Positions 1 through 8,931 of a stretch of 64,000 nt of DNA are shown here, piece by piece (positions within the stretch are counted from its first letter, which is position 1; every line of letters starts with the position of its first letter). This DNA comes from an uncultured Planctomycetia bacterium (lineage in GTDB: Bacteria > Planctomycetota > UBA8108 > UBA1146), in the NCBI GenBank assembly GCA_964422295.1, contig CAYRAM010000001.1, forward strand, positions 135,448-199,447, read 5' to 3'. The translations under genes were made by a program, and so were the position numbers. The notes beneath the pieces are model-generated. The model saw nothing but the letters and a program-made list of their open reading frames with translations, had not been told where the DNA came from and did no database searches.

Positions 1-503
1 GACGTGACTACACCCTGGAAGAATATTGTCAGGCGATGCAGCGAGTCCGGGAAAGGCTTCCCGATGCGACGCTGGCGACAGATCTGATCGTCGGATTCCC
101 TGGTGAAACGGAAGAGGATTTTCAAGCTTCCCTGCAGCGGATCGATGAGATCGGTTTCGCCAAGGTCCACCTGTTCCCTTACAGCCCACGTCCACGAACC
201 AAGGCTGCGAGATTGCCGGATCATGTCGCGGCGGAGGTTCGGAATCAGCGTATGCAACGGGCACGTCAACATTGCAATATCGTCTCACAGAGGGTTGCGG
301 AGCAACGTCTTGGTCAATCGGTACTGGTATTGGTGGAGAAAACGGATGGCAACGGAACTGCGGAAGGACTCTCCAGAGAGGGATTGCGAGTCGCAGTGGA
401 AGGGGAGCGATTGATTCGCGGTCAAGAGTACCGGGTGAAGTTGGAAACGGTCGTTGGTGAGCGATTCAACGGGGTGACTCTCGAGAAGGTGAACGATGGG
501 TAA
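1..503 (+). CDS. MiaB/RimO/MtaB-family radical-SAM methylthiotransferase, C-terminal part (5' end lies outside the window)
   Basis: Frame-3 ORF runs to TAA at 501-503. It carries the 'LIVGFPGETEEDF' motif followed by a TRAM-like C-terminal domain (GQSVLVLVEK...YRVKLETVVGERF), typical of MiaB-family enzymes. Confidence 0.8.
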   Translation, partial: RDYTLEEYCQAMQRVRERLPDATLATDLIVGFPGETEEDFQASLQRIDEIGFAKVHLFPYSPRPRTKAARLPDHVAAEVRNQRMQRARQHCNIVSQRVAEQRLGQSVLVLVEKTDGNGTAEGLSREGLRVAVEGERLIRGQEYRVKLETVVGERFNGVTLEKVNDG

Positions 504-1308
504 TCGTACTGAAAAAGATCGGGAATCGTCGAAACCGCTGCATTTTCCCGCTGGATTGCATGATCGCAGCCTCGTCGGATGGGGTATTCGGAGGCGTCGT
601 GGGGATCTGGGGGGCCCCACTGACCCCGATGACGCCGATGCGGATCTGCAAAGATCCAAAATCGGTGAGAAATCGCAGGAGATTTCTCCTGCCACCGGAC
701 TCGCTGGGAGGACCGGAATCGAAGAAGAGACTGCGGTTGTCATCGAGGCGGATGACCCCCTTGGTGCGTTGGCCACTCGGGTCGCCTCGTGTCAAGAGTG
801 CAGCCTGTGCCAGACGCGGAACCGGACCGTATTTGGTGTCGGCAATCCTCATGCCCGTCTGATGTTTGTCGGCGAAGCTCCCGGTGCCGAAGAGGATCGG
901 AGAGGAGAGCCCTTTGTCGGTAGAGCAGGGCAACTTCTCGACAAGATCATTACACAAGGACTGAAGTTAACTCGTAAAGAAGTTTACATTACAAATGTAT
1001 TGAAATGCCGTCCACCGGAGAATCGGGATCCGCAGCCGGATGAGGTGGAACGGTGCAGGTCTTACCTGGAGGCGCAGATCGATTTTGTAAAGCCGCAAAT
1101 TCTTGTGGCGCTGGGACGTCCTGCAGCAATGTTTTTGACGGGTCAGGAGAGTTCCCTCAAACAATTGAGGGGAGGGAAACACGAATTTAGAGGGATTCCG
1201 GTGGTCGTCACCTACCATCCCGCCTTTCTTTTGCGTCAACCCCAATACAAGGCCCATTGTTGGCACGATCTGCAGTCCGTCATCGGCACCCTCGGAGAGT
1301 CGGAGTGA
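496..1308 (+). CDS. Uracil-DNA glycosylase family 4 (UdgA-like, 4Fe-4S type)
   Basis: Contains CQECSLC ... MFVGEAPGAEED ... PFVGRAGQLLD ... NVLKCRPPENRDP ... VTYHPAFLLRQP, the hallmark motifs of UDG family 4. The ~90-aa low-complexity N-terminus suggests the true start may be further downstream. The ORF overlaps the upstream gene by 8 nt. Confidence 0.8.
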   Translation: MGNRTEKDRESSKPLHFPAGLHDRSLVGWGIRRRRGDLGGPTDPDDADADLQRSKIGEKSQEISPATGLAGRTGIEEETAVVIEADDPLGALATRVASCQECSLCQTRNRTVFGVGNPHARLMFVGEAPGAEEDRRGEPFVGRAGQLLDKIITQGLKLTRKEVYITNVLKCRPPENRDPQPDEVERCRSYLEAQIDFVKPQILVALGRPAAMFLTGQESSLKQLRGGKHEFRGIPVVVTYHPAFLLRQPQYKAHCWHDLQSVIGTLGESE

Positions 1309-1536
1309 GCCCCGCGCAGCAGCGGTCAAATCTCTCCAGGGGATCGATTCTTGGCAAATGAGACCCTTTCGGTAAGTTGACTCGGGATTATGGGGATCTA
1401 TACTTTCCTCTTCCCCGGGAGGGAATTCGGTCGAAACGGAGACGTCTCCGTCGGGCCTAAATTCTTCGTGGGGAAGGAAAGAATGAGCCGATCGGCGCCG
1501 ATCAGGACGTCCGTGCAGTGATTTAGTCTGCAGTAA

Positions 1537-1620
1537 TTTTTTGCCGTGAGAATTTTCTGTCGTGAGAATTTTCTGTTGTGAATTTCTGTTGAGTTTTCTC
1601 TGTAATGAAGATTACGGCAA
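1537..1620. repeat. AT-rich degenerate tandem repeat (~15-bp unit GTGAGAATTTTCTGT, ~4 copies) bracketed by inverted repeat TTGCCGT/ACGGCAA
   Basis: Direct reading: ttgccgtgagaattttctgtcgtgagaattttctgttgtgaatttctgttgagttttctctg...acggcaa. It is an AT-rich island within a ~1-kb non-coding gap in a GC-rich background. Confidence 0.6.
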
Positions 1621-2204
1621 CGTCATGGTCGCTCCGTCGGAATTAGAGGATACGAGGTCGTGAGTTTCGGCGCAAAACGGGGACGTCTAGCGCCGGGATT
1701 GTGTGCAGTGTCTGCGATAAGTGCGGATCCCATTGGTTTCCGGCATTTCAGTCACCGCTGTTCGATCCTGTTCAGAATTTCGGGGAGATTGAGGGTATTC
1801 ATGTTGGGGATTTTTCCCCACTGAAACTCACGAGTCCTCCCCGGATTCCCGGGGTCAAGCGCGACTGTCAAGCTGACCATGTTCGTTGTTCGATTTTCTT
1901 GTGAAATCGTCAGCGCATGCGTTCACCAGGTGGATTCGAGAGTCGCCAACACCGCCTGGACTTTTGCCACGTATCTCGAAGGTTGAGTTTGAGGATGTGC
2001 GACCCGCTTGGATCGGGTCTGCCTTCTCATGGGTCCGGCTCGACATCGTTGGGTCGGCATGCTGGGTCGGTATGAGGATCCATAAGATGAAGTCCGTGAG
2101 GTCAAATCCGCGGGGTTACGTATGGGTCAGACCGTTTCACGGGGTGGTTGGAGAACATCGATAGCGCGGTTTGAGGATGAGAAGGATCGTCGATGGCGTG
2201 CGCT

Positions 2205-2402
2205 TAGGTCCTGCGACCCTGAGAGTTGAATTAGAGAAAACCAAACCCGAGTGATCCACTGCTAAAGGGGATCCTGCGACCTTGAAGCGACCTTGAAGCA
2301 ACCTTGGAGCGACCTTGGAGCGACCGAGGGGCAAGCGAGGAGCAAGCGAGGAGCGACCGGGGACGACGTTGGAGAGAGGTATTCGTGGAGAGAGGTATTC
2401 AT
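2205..2402. repeat. Cascade of short tandem duplications immediately upstream of and including the pilM-like start codon
   Basis: Four successive units each occur twice or more in tandem: gcgaccttgaa x2, gcgaccttggag x2, gcaagcgaggag x2, gagagaggtattcRtg x2. 'cctgcgaccYtga' also appears at 2208 and 2270. The last unit duplicates the SD-like sequence plus the GTG/ATG start. Confidence 0.6.
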
Positions 2403-4263
2403 GGCTGACTTCGAAGAAGTCTGGTGTCTCGATGGAGGAAAAAACTCCCTCAAGGCGATCAAGATCCAGCGGTCCGGCAACGGCGCTGAGATCGTCGCCG
2501 CCGAAAAAATCGAACACCCACTGGGCGCAGGCCCCGAGGCGACCGCAGCAGCGATCTCCAATTTGGCTTCTCAACATTCTCTCGCCGGGCCCTTGGCAGT
2601 TTCCCTACCGAGTCGTTCAGCACTGACAAGTTTCATCACCGTTCCTCCAGTGGACGGCAAGAAATTGGAGGAGCTGATCGGTTATGAGGCGCAGCAGAAT
2701 ATTCCGCTGCCGATGGAAGACGTCATCTGGGACAGCCACATTTGTGGCGATACCGACGACGGCGAGAAGGAGATTGGAATCTTTGCTGTCAGATCTGAAG
2801 AAGTTTCCGATCTTCTTCAAGATCTTGAGGCCGACAATTTGGAAATTGATGTACTCACACTCGGTAATGTCGGATTGCTGAATCTGATTCGCTTTGACCT
2901 CCGCCCCAAGCGTCCGATGGTCGCAATTGAAATCGGCGCACACCACACCGACCTGGTCGTGGTCAATGGGTCGCGTTACTGGTTCCGTTCGGTGCCCGTC
3001 TCCGGCAAGGATTTCACCCAGGCGCTTCAGGAACGTTTCAATTGCACTGAGGAGGAAGCGGAAAATCTCAAGGTGACCGCAGCCAAGTCTGACCATGCTG
3101 CCAAAATATTTGAAGTGCTGCAGCCGCTCTTGCGCGACCTTGTCAGTGAGATCAATCGTTCGATTGGCTATTACAAGTCCCGGGCTGGTGAGCTCAAGAT
3201 CGAAGATTTGTTCCTTTTCGGTGGCAGCGGCAAAGTGGTGGGGTTGCGAAAGTTCTTAGAAGACAACCTGCGGATTCGGGTGCAGATTTTCAAAAGTTTG
3301 CAACGCGTGCGGATTCGCCCCGAAGCGAATATTGTGCAGCAAGATCTGCAGGCGTTTTCATCTTGTATTGGAGCCGGACTACAGGCACTGGGGCTCGGTG
3401 AGATAGACCTCAATCTTTTGCCGCAGGAGCAACAGGAAGCCGCAGAATTCAAGAAGAAACAGAAGGTTGTTCTTGGAGCGACAGCCGCTCTCTATCTACT
3501 CATCGCATTCTTCGCAATCGTCTTCGGTGGCAAGATTGACGATGCCAATGCAGTCCTTCAGGAAGCCGGACTCGTCGACGAGTTGAAGGATAATGAAAAG
3601 TTGCTGGCGAAACTCCAGGAGGACAAGAGAGTAGTCCTTGAAAAGATGCAGAGCGACCTGGTTTCTCATGGAGCGGGTCGCCTCGTTCCCCGGGAGGTTC
3701 TCGAAATCATCGCCACAATCCCGAATGCCGAGCAAGTCTCCCAATCGATTCGCATGGAAGTGGAAGACGGTCCTGAAAAGGATAGCACCCGCGGTTCTGT
3801 TGAGGCGGAACAGGAATCACTCAACACCCAAAAGACTTGGCTCTCCGGGTTTGATGTTCGCAAGGTCAGAGTGACTGACTCGGGTACTGTTCTTGAAAAG
3901 GGAAGCAAAGTCGATTCGGGGATGACGGTCTTTGATGATCGTTACCAGGTGACTGTTCGTGGATTCCGATACGACCAAGGGGATGCCTCGACCAACGACC
4001 AGCAACTCAAATTGGTGGTCGTAGATCCGATTGAAGCCCGACTGACTGAAACATATGGTGCTCCTGAATATGGAGAGCGGGTCAGTCGAAATGTTGGAAC
4101 TGAAACGATGTTGATGTGGGCTCCCGACGATAATTTCAAGAGGGGTCGACAACGAGGACGCAATGACGAGGCATCTAGGGATCACGGGACTCCCCTCTAC
4201 CCCTGGACCATCTCTTGGGTCTATCCGCCGCTCCCGGTGGATCCCTCGGATGAAGAAGAATAG
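2401..4263 (+). CDS. pilM: Type IV pilus/T2SS-like assembly protein PilM fused to PilN-like segment, with an extra ~200-aa C-terminal domain
   Basis: Start taken at ATG 2401 (MADFEEVWCLDGG), which is the second copy of the duplicated SD+start unit. The ORF track extends to 2293 through the repeats. The N-terminal actin-like ATPase-fold pattern is typical of PilM (...IGAHHTDLVVVNG..., GKDFTQALQERFNCTEEEAENLK, SEINRSIGYYKS, LFLFGGSGKVVGL). A PilN-like 'LNLLPQEQQE' motif with one TM helix (VVLGATAALYLLIAFFAIVFGG) follows. Confidence 0.75.
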   Translation: MADFEEVWCLDGGKNSLKAIKIQRSGNGAEIVAAEKIEHPLGAGPEATAAAISNLASQHSLAGPLAVSLPSRSALTSFITVPPVDGKKLEELIGYEAQQNIPLPMEDVIWDSHICGDTDDGEKEIGIFAVRSEEVSDLLQDLEADNLEIDVLTLGNVGLLNLIRFDLRPKRPMVAIEIGAHHTDLVVVNGSRYWFRSVPVSGKDFTQALQERFNCTEEEAENLKVTAAKSDHAAKIFEVLQPLLRDLVSEINRSIGYYKSRAGELKIEDLFLFGGSGKVVGLRKFLEDNLRIRVQIFKSLQRVRIRPEANIVQQDLQAFSSCIGAGLQALGLGEIDLNLLPQEQQEAAEFKKKQKVVLGATAALYLLIAFFAIVFGGKIDDANAVLQEAGLVDELKDNEKLLAKLQEDKRVVLEKMQSDLVSHGAGRLVPREVLEIIATIPNAEQVSQSIRMEVEDGPEKDSTRGSVEAEQESLNTQKTWLSGFDVRKVRVTDSGTVLEKGSKVDSGMTVFDDRYQVTVRGFRYDQGDASTNDQQLKLVVVDPIEARLTETYGAPEYGERVSRNVGTETMLMWAPDDNFKRGRQRGRNDEASRDHGTPLYPWTISWVYPPLPVDPSDEEE

Positions 4264-4271
4264 GGGGCCGC

Positions 4272-5099
4272 ATGAGTGACAAGGTATTCTGGAGTTTGCT
4301 CGGTGCGGAAGTGGTCCTTTGGATCGTTCTGTTTGTCATCGTCGTAGTACCCAAAATGTCGGAATACGATTCTGTGAGTGCAAAGTTGAAGAGGCAGCAA
4401 AAAGACCTGAAGGAGTACTCACGAAAAGTCGACAGGGATTTACCCACCGAAGATATGGTGAAGGCTGAAGAGAAGTACCTCGAAAGTTGGAGCAAAGAGA
4501 TCGATCGCGCAGAAGAGTTTTACTCAAGCCGTGTGAGTCGCTTTGCTGAAGGAACTTCCAGCGATTTGAGTGGGTGGTCGACTCGTTATCGTGATGGCTT
4601 CGATCTTTTGGTGAAGCGCTACCGCTCTGAGGTGGGGCTCGATGCTGCTGCCGAGTTGCCATTTCTGGCCCAGGAAGATCTCGACGATGTCGACAAGATC
4701 GTCAATTATGAGCGTCGCTGGAAGGTGCAGAGTCACTTGGTGAACCTTGCACTGGAGAACCGAGGCTCAAATATTCTCGAGTTGACGATCGATCGGAAAA
4801 CGGCTCGTGCGAATCGTGGAGACGGCGATGGAGCGGCCCGATTCCCCGTATATCTAAAGTTGGAGATTCCTGGGAACCGTGTGGCGAATTTCGTCGACCA
4901 GATCATGAGGCACCCATTCATTGACTATTCCATCGGCCACTTGGCGGTCAGTAAGGATCGCGAGGAATTGCTCTTCGATGTCGTCAATGAAGCCAAGTCG
5001 GAGGAGGAAGAGTTGGGTGAGCCCAATGTCCTTCTGTTGCTTGAAATGGAAGTCCATGAAGGGACGATCGTGAGCTCTTCTGAAGAGGAACGGGGCTAA
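4272..5099 (+). CDS. PilO-like inner-membrane platform protein (N-terminal TM helix + coiled coil + C-terminal globular domain)
   Basis: Has an N-terminal TM helix (VVLWIVLFVIVVV) and a coiled-coil region rich in K/E/Q. Size and position directly after pilMN fit PilO. The call rests on architecture only, not on a specific motif. Confidence 0.5.
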   Translation: MSDKVFWSLLGAEVVLWIVLFVIVVVPKMSEYDSVSAKLKRQQKDLKEYSRKVDRDLPTEDMVKAEEKYLESWSKEIDRAEEFYSSRVSRFAEGTSSDLSGWSTRYRDGFDLLVKRYRSEVGLDAAAELPFLAQEDLDDVDKIVNYERRWKVQSHLVNLALENRGSNILELTIDRKTARANRGDGDGAARFPVYLKLEIPGNRVANFVDQIMRHPFIDYSIGHLAVSKDREELLFDVVNEAKSEEEELGEPNVLLLLEMEVHEGTIVSSSEEERG

Positions 5100-5103
5100 T
5101 CCA

Positions 5104-6210
5104 TTGCAAAATATCGATAAAATCACGATCGCTGTCGTTGCTTTGCTCCTCGTCGGAGGTTTTGGCTACCCCTTCCTGATGAGTGATCCCGGGAGTGAAT
5201 ACTCGAGCAAGATCAGCGAAGCCAATGAGGCCATCGAGGAAAATATGGCGTCCCAAGATCTGGGCGACCAAAGTGTTCCGGAAGTCCTCGGCAAAGTTCG
5301 TATGGCTTACGACATCTCCGGAGACGTGGCGATTCCTGAATGGTCTTTTTACCGCAAACCTGCCCGTCTCGATGTCAAGGAGCGGATCATCCAGGTTCCG
5401 CCGACCCTCGATCCCGCCTACCTTGCATCAGTCGCAGTGGTTCGGGATGCGGGGGGGCAACTCACCTATCATGAAATATCTGGTCGCCATGCGATTTACA
5501 CCAATGCGGAGATCACTTCCTGCGTCGTCGAAATGCGGGAAGGGGACGGGGAGTGGACGAAGCTGGATCAGGTAAACAGTTTCGCTTCTGGCCAGGCCTT
5601 TTCGATTCGGTCCGGTGCCTTGGAAGTTGGCCGCAGTTATCGCTATCGCATTTCTACCAAGGCCGCTGCTCTTCCTGGAAACATGTCCTTTCCCCGGGAT
5701 GGATCGAACTCTGTCTTGTCGGGAGAGACGGGACCCGTGTTGATGCCCGCTGATGAGGCTTGGAAGGTCAGTGGTGCCCAGGTGGGCCGCCTTGATAGTG
5801 CCGGCAACTTCATGCCCGGTCGTGCCACCATCCAGTACTCGCGTTGGGATTGGGAATCTTCCTCAGCGAAAAAATCCGCAAAGGTTGTGACCGAGCCGAA
5901 GGCGGGTGATCAGAGTGTCGAGCTGTTTGATACCGGTTTCCGATTGGAACGGATTCAGGATACGGCGGATGGTCGCGTTGTCGTTCTGCGGAACGAGAGC
6001 GGCAAAAGAGCCTATTTGAAAAACAATGATGACCCCCAGTCCCTGACCCCTCCGGGGTGGGACAACTTCGACAGTGATCCCGCTGAATCAACAGGGGAAG
6101 AAGACGAGGATGACGACTTGGGAGCGGTAGAGCCCGCCGACGAAGTCGAGCCGGTCAAGCCGAAGAGAACCCGCCCGAGCGGGGGGGGTCTCTTTGGAGG
6201 TGACGACTAA
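5104..6210 (+). CDS. Membrane-anchored periplasmic protein occupying the PilP position (FN3-like segment, acidic C-terminus)
   Basis: Has an N-terminal TM helix (ITIAVVALLLVGGFGY). 'GRSYRYRIST' resembles an FN3 strand motif. The C-terminus is Asp/Glu-rich and ends in a Gly-rich tail. It is co-directional with its neighbours and separated from them by only 4 nt and 2 nt. Confidence 0.5.
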   Translation: MQNIDKITIAVVALLLVGGFGYPFLMSDPGSEYSSKISEANEAIEENMASQDLGDQSVPEVLGKVRMAYDISGDVAIPEWSFYRKPARLDVKERIIQVPPTLDPAYLASVAVVRDAGGQLTYHEISGRHAIYTNAEITSCVVEMREGDGEWTKLDQVNSFASGQAFSIRSGALEVGRSYRYRISTKAAALPGNMSFPRDGSNSVLSGETGPVLMPADEAWKVSGAQVGRLDSAGNFMPGRATIQYSRWDWESSSAKKSAKVVTEPKAGDQSVELFDTGFRLERIQDTADGRVVVLRNESGKRAYLKNNDDPQSLTPPGWDNFDSDPAESTGEEDEDDDLGAVEPADEVEPVKPKRTRPSGGGLFGGDD

Positions 6211-6380
6211 GAGTGAGACAGGTGACGATGCCATGGGGCGGGTCACCCGTTCTGAAGGAATCTGCGAGGCAGACTTCGGAGCAAATTGGAAAGATTGAAA
6301 CTCGGCCACCTCTGGTGGCTGGAATAGCCAGCGGTCGCAAGGTGAAGCGACCGATTGACAACCAAAGCAAGGAGAGATCG

Positions 6381-8897
6381 ATGTCGATAAGCCTCCGGGA
6401 GCCCCAATTCAGAATCGTCATGGCGAGAAGTACCTTCTCAATCTTTGCCATGACCCTGTTGCTCCTCTGCGTTGCCGCCCAACCTGTCACAGCCCAGGAA
6501 GAGGGTGTGGATGGTCTGATCCGCGATGTCAGCTTGGAGAATCAGGCCCGGGCAGGTGCCGCTGTCCAAGCGGTGAATGCAGCGGAAAAACTGATCAACG
6601 AGTTACGCTATATCGAGGCGGAAGAGAAGTTGCAGGAGGCTGTTCGCCTCGATCCTGGCAACCAAAATGCCCGCGATCTTCTCGACACGGTACTGATGTT
6701 GCTCAGTGATCGCAGCGGAGATATCCGCGATCTTCAACGCCGAATGGTCGATGAGAAGAAGGTGCGACTGCAGCAGGACGTCTTTGAATTGGAGCGTCTG
6801 TATCTCGATGGCCGCAGGGCCATGGACGATGGCAGTTACGACAAGGCGGTCGCCATCTTCGATCAGATTCTTGAGCGGATTCGTTGGTTCCCCTTCGACT
6901 ATGATCTCAGCGATCAACAGAATCGGGCTCGCCAGTCGAAAGAAGAGTCGCTTCGCCTGCAAAATGAGAACGCCGCAGCCGAGAAGCGTGAGCGCGAGAT
7001 GCGTATTCTTGCAGAGGCAGAGTCGGAAATGGCACGGTCTGTATCCTTCATCCAAAACCGGATTGATGAGATTCTGCGCCAAGCGCGTCGCCTCTTTGCC
7101 GAAAGAGATTACGAGAGGGTGATCACTCTCTGTGACGAGGTTTTGCAACTCGATCCTTCAAGGAAGGATGTTCGTGCGCTTCGCCGTGAAGCCGCTGAAT
7201 TGCGCCATCTTTATGAGGTCCTCGACACCAGTTTGCAGACGCAACTTGAGTGGGATCGTACATTCCTGAGCCAGTTGGAATCGGAAATCCCTTACACGGA
7301 TATCTTTAATTTCCCTTCCCGTGAAGAATGGATGCGAATTACTCGCCAGGAACAGTCCCTCGAAGATCGTCTTCAAGCAGTGGAAAGCCAGCAGGAAAAG
7401 ACGATTCGCTCGCGTCTAAAGGTGCGTGTCGCCAGCGTTGAGTTTGAAGATGAGCCCTTTGAACAGGTGATCCAATTTCTCAGGGAACTCTCCGGGATCA
7501 ATTTCGTTCTCACCAAGGAAGCGTCCGAAGCTCTCGAAGGTGGCGATGGAACAGTGCGGCTGGCAGAAGTTACGGACCTGCCCCTCGAAAACGTATTGAA
7601 CCTGGTACTTCAAGGGAACGATCCACCATTTACCTACGTCATCCGGTCGGGAGCGGTTCTCATCGGCCCTTCCGATTCTGTTCGCAATGATGTGTTCCTG
7701 GAGTTTTACGAAGTTTCCGATATCACCAAAGACAAGCCTGATTTCCGTGCACCGCGTCTCGCTCTGCAGTCGAGCCAGGATGGGGATGACGGCGGAGCGG
7801 GGGGACTCTTCGACATCGGCGGGGAAGAAGACTCCCAGGAGACCACGCTGGATTCCGATATCCTCGTCGAGTTGGTCGTCAACGCCCTTTTCGGTGACGA
7901 AGGTGAACCGGACGGCGAGTCTGTGAGGATCCAAAGTGGTCGCCTTGTTGCGAACACCACTCTCGCCAACCACCGCAAGTTGATTCAATTGCTCAAAGCA
8001 TTGCGCAAGTCCACGGGGGTCATGGTGACGGTGGAGAGCCGCTTTATCGATCTCCAGGACAATTTCCTCGAATCGATCGGAGTCGATTACGGAAATCCGT
8101 TCAATTCCAATTTGCCGAACCCCATCAATGACATCGACGGTGCCGGTACCCAGATCGCAGCCGGCTTCGAAATCGTCGACGCCCAGGGAGAGATCGACGT
8201 GAGAGCAGCGGTTTACAACGCATTTTCGCTGCCTCTGGGGTCTTCCGTTTCACCCTTCAATCTCTCTGATACCGGTGGATTCGCGATTCAGTACAACGTT
8301 CTCGACAGTTACGCACTGGAAGCGATTCTGGAAGCCAATCAGAAGATGCAGCGCACCAAGAAGTTGGATGCGCCCCGTGTGACTGCCTTCAACACCCAGA
8401 TCTCCCACTCTCTCGTGGTTGATCAGAGTGCCTATATCGAGGATGCCGAAGTCAACCAAACCGGTGTGGTCCCCGTGATCAACCCTGTGATCGGGATTCT
8501 GAACTCAGGTTCGATTCTTCAGGTTCGCCCGACGGTCAGCCACGATCGCAAGTACGTGATTCTTGAGATCGAGCCGACCCTTGCAGTGCAGCTGCCATCC
8601 CGATTCAAGACTCTGACCCTCGGATTGACCAATCTGAATGTCGAGTTCCCCGTCCTTTCCGTAACAAACATCAAAACCACTGTGACGATTCCTGACGGCG
8701 GAACGGTTCTGGTGGGGGGACTCAAGCGCACCATCACCCAGGAATCCCGATCAGGAATTCCGGTGCTGTCGCGATTGCCGATTCTGGATCTCCTCGTCGG
8801 ACGCAAAGGGAATGCCCGCATGCAGTCGAATTTGTTCGTGTTGATCAGCGCAAAAATCACAGTTATCCGTGATGAAGAAGAGAAGCGGTTCAATTGA
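6381..8897 (+). CDS. Secretin (PilQ/GspD family) with N-terminal TPR/coiled-coil region and STN/N0-like domain - secretin paralogue 1
   Basis: The C-terminus carries the canonical secretin signature (...VTIPDGGTVLVGGLKRTITQESRSGIPVLSRLPILDLLVGRKGNARMQSNLFVLISAKI). Start chosen at ATG 6381, preceded by GGAGAG, which gives the signal-like 'MARSTFSIFAMTLLLLCVAAQPVTAQ'. The ORF track begins at 6213. Confidence 0.85.
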   Translation: MSISLREPQFRIVMARSTFSIFAMTLLLLCVAAQPVTAQEEGVDGLIRDVSLENQARAGAAVQAVNAAEKLINELRYIEAEEKLQEAVRLDPGNQNARDLLDTVLMLLSDRSGDIRDLQRRMVDEKKVRLQQDVFELERLYLDGRRAMDDGSYDKAVAIFDQILERIRWFPFDYDLSDQQNRARQSKEESLRLQNENAAAEKREREMRILAEAESEMARSVSFIQNRIDEILRQARRLFAERDYERVITLCDEVLQLDPSRKDVRALRREAAELRHLYEVLDTSLQTQLEWDRTFLSQLESEIPYTDIFNFPSREEWMRITRQEQSLEDRLQAVESQQEKTIRSRLKVRVASVEFEDEPFEQVIQFLRELSGINFVLTKEASEALEGGDGTVRLAEVTDLPLENVLNLVLQGNDPPFTYVIRSGAVLIGPSDSVRNDVFLEFYEVSDITKDKPDFRAPRLALQSSQDGDDGGAGGLFDIGGEEDSQETTLDSDILVELVVNALFGDEGEPDGESVRIQSGRLVANTTLANHRKLIQLLKALRKSTGVMVTVESRFIDLQDNFLESIGVDYGNPFNSNLPNPINDIDGAGTQIAAGFEIVDAQGEIDVRAAVYNAFSLPLGSSVSPFNLSDTGGFAIQYNVLDSYALEAILEANQKMQRTKKLDAPRVTAFNTQISHSLVVDQSAYIEDAEVNQTGVVPVINPVIGILNSGSILQVRPTVSHDRKYVILEIEPTLAVQLPSRFKTLTLGLTNLNVEFPVLSVTNIKTTVTIPDGGTVLVGGLKRTITQESRSGIPVLSRLPILDLLVGRKGNARMQSNLFVLISAKITVIRDEEEKRFN

Positions 8898-8931
8898 TCG
8901 AGGCAAACTCCTGGCTGATGTCAGGTAGGAA

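Noticed and set aside
1537-1620. Possible CRISPR array
   Set aside because: The repeat unit is only ~15 bp, copies are directly adjacent with no spacers, and no cas genes are nearby. It is a simple tandem repeat.
1309-2292. Search for tmRNA, RNase P RNA or SRP RNA in the large non-coding gap
   Set aside because: No conserved boxes were found by eye: no tRNA-like acceptor/T-arm for tmRNA, no RNase P P4 sequences, and no SRP domain-IV motif. A covariance-model scan would be needed to be sure.
2293-2400. N-terminal extension of pilMN ORF (MKQPWSDLGATEGQARSKRGATGDD...)
   Set aside because: It is encoded entirely by the tandem-duplication array. The PilM homology begins at the ATG at 2401, which has its own SD-like sequence.
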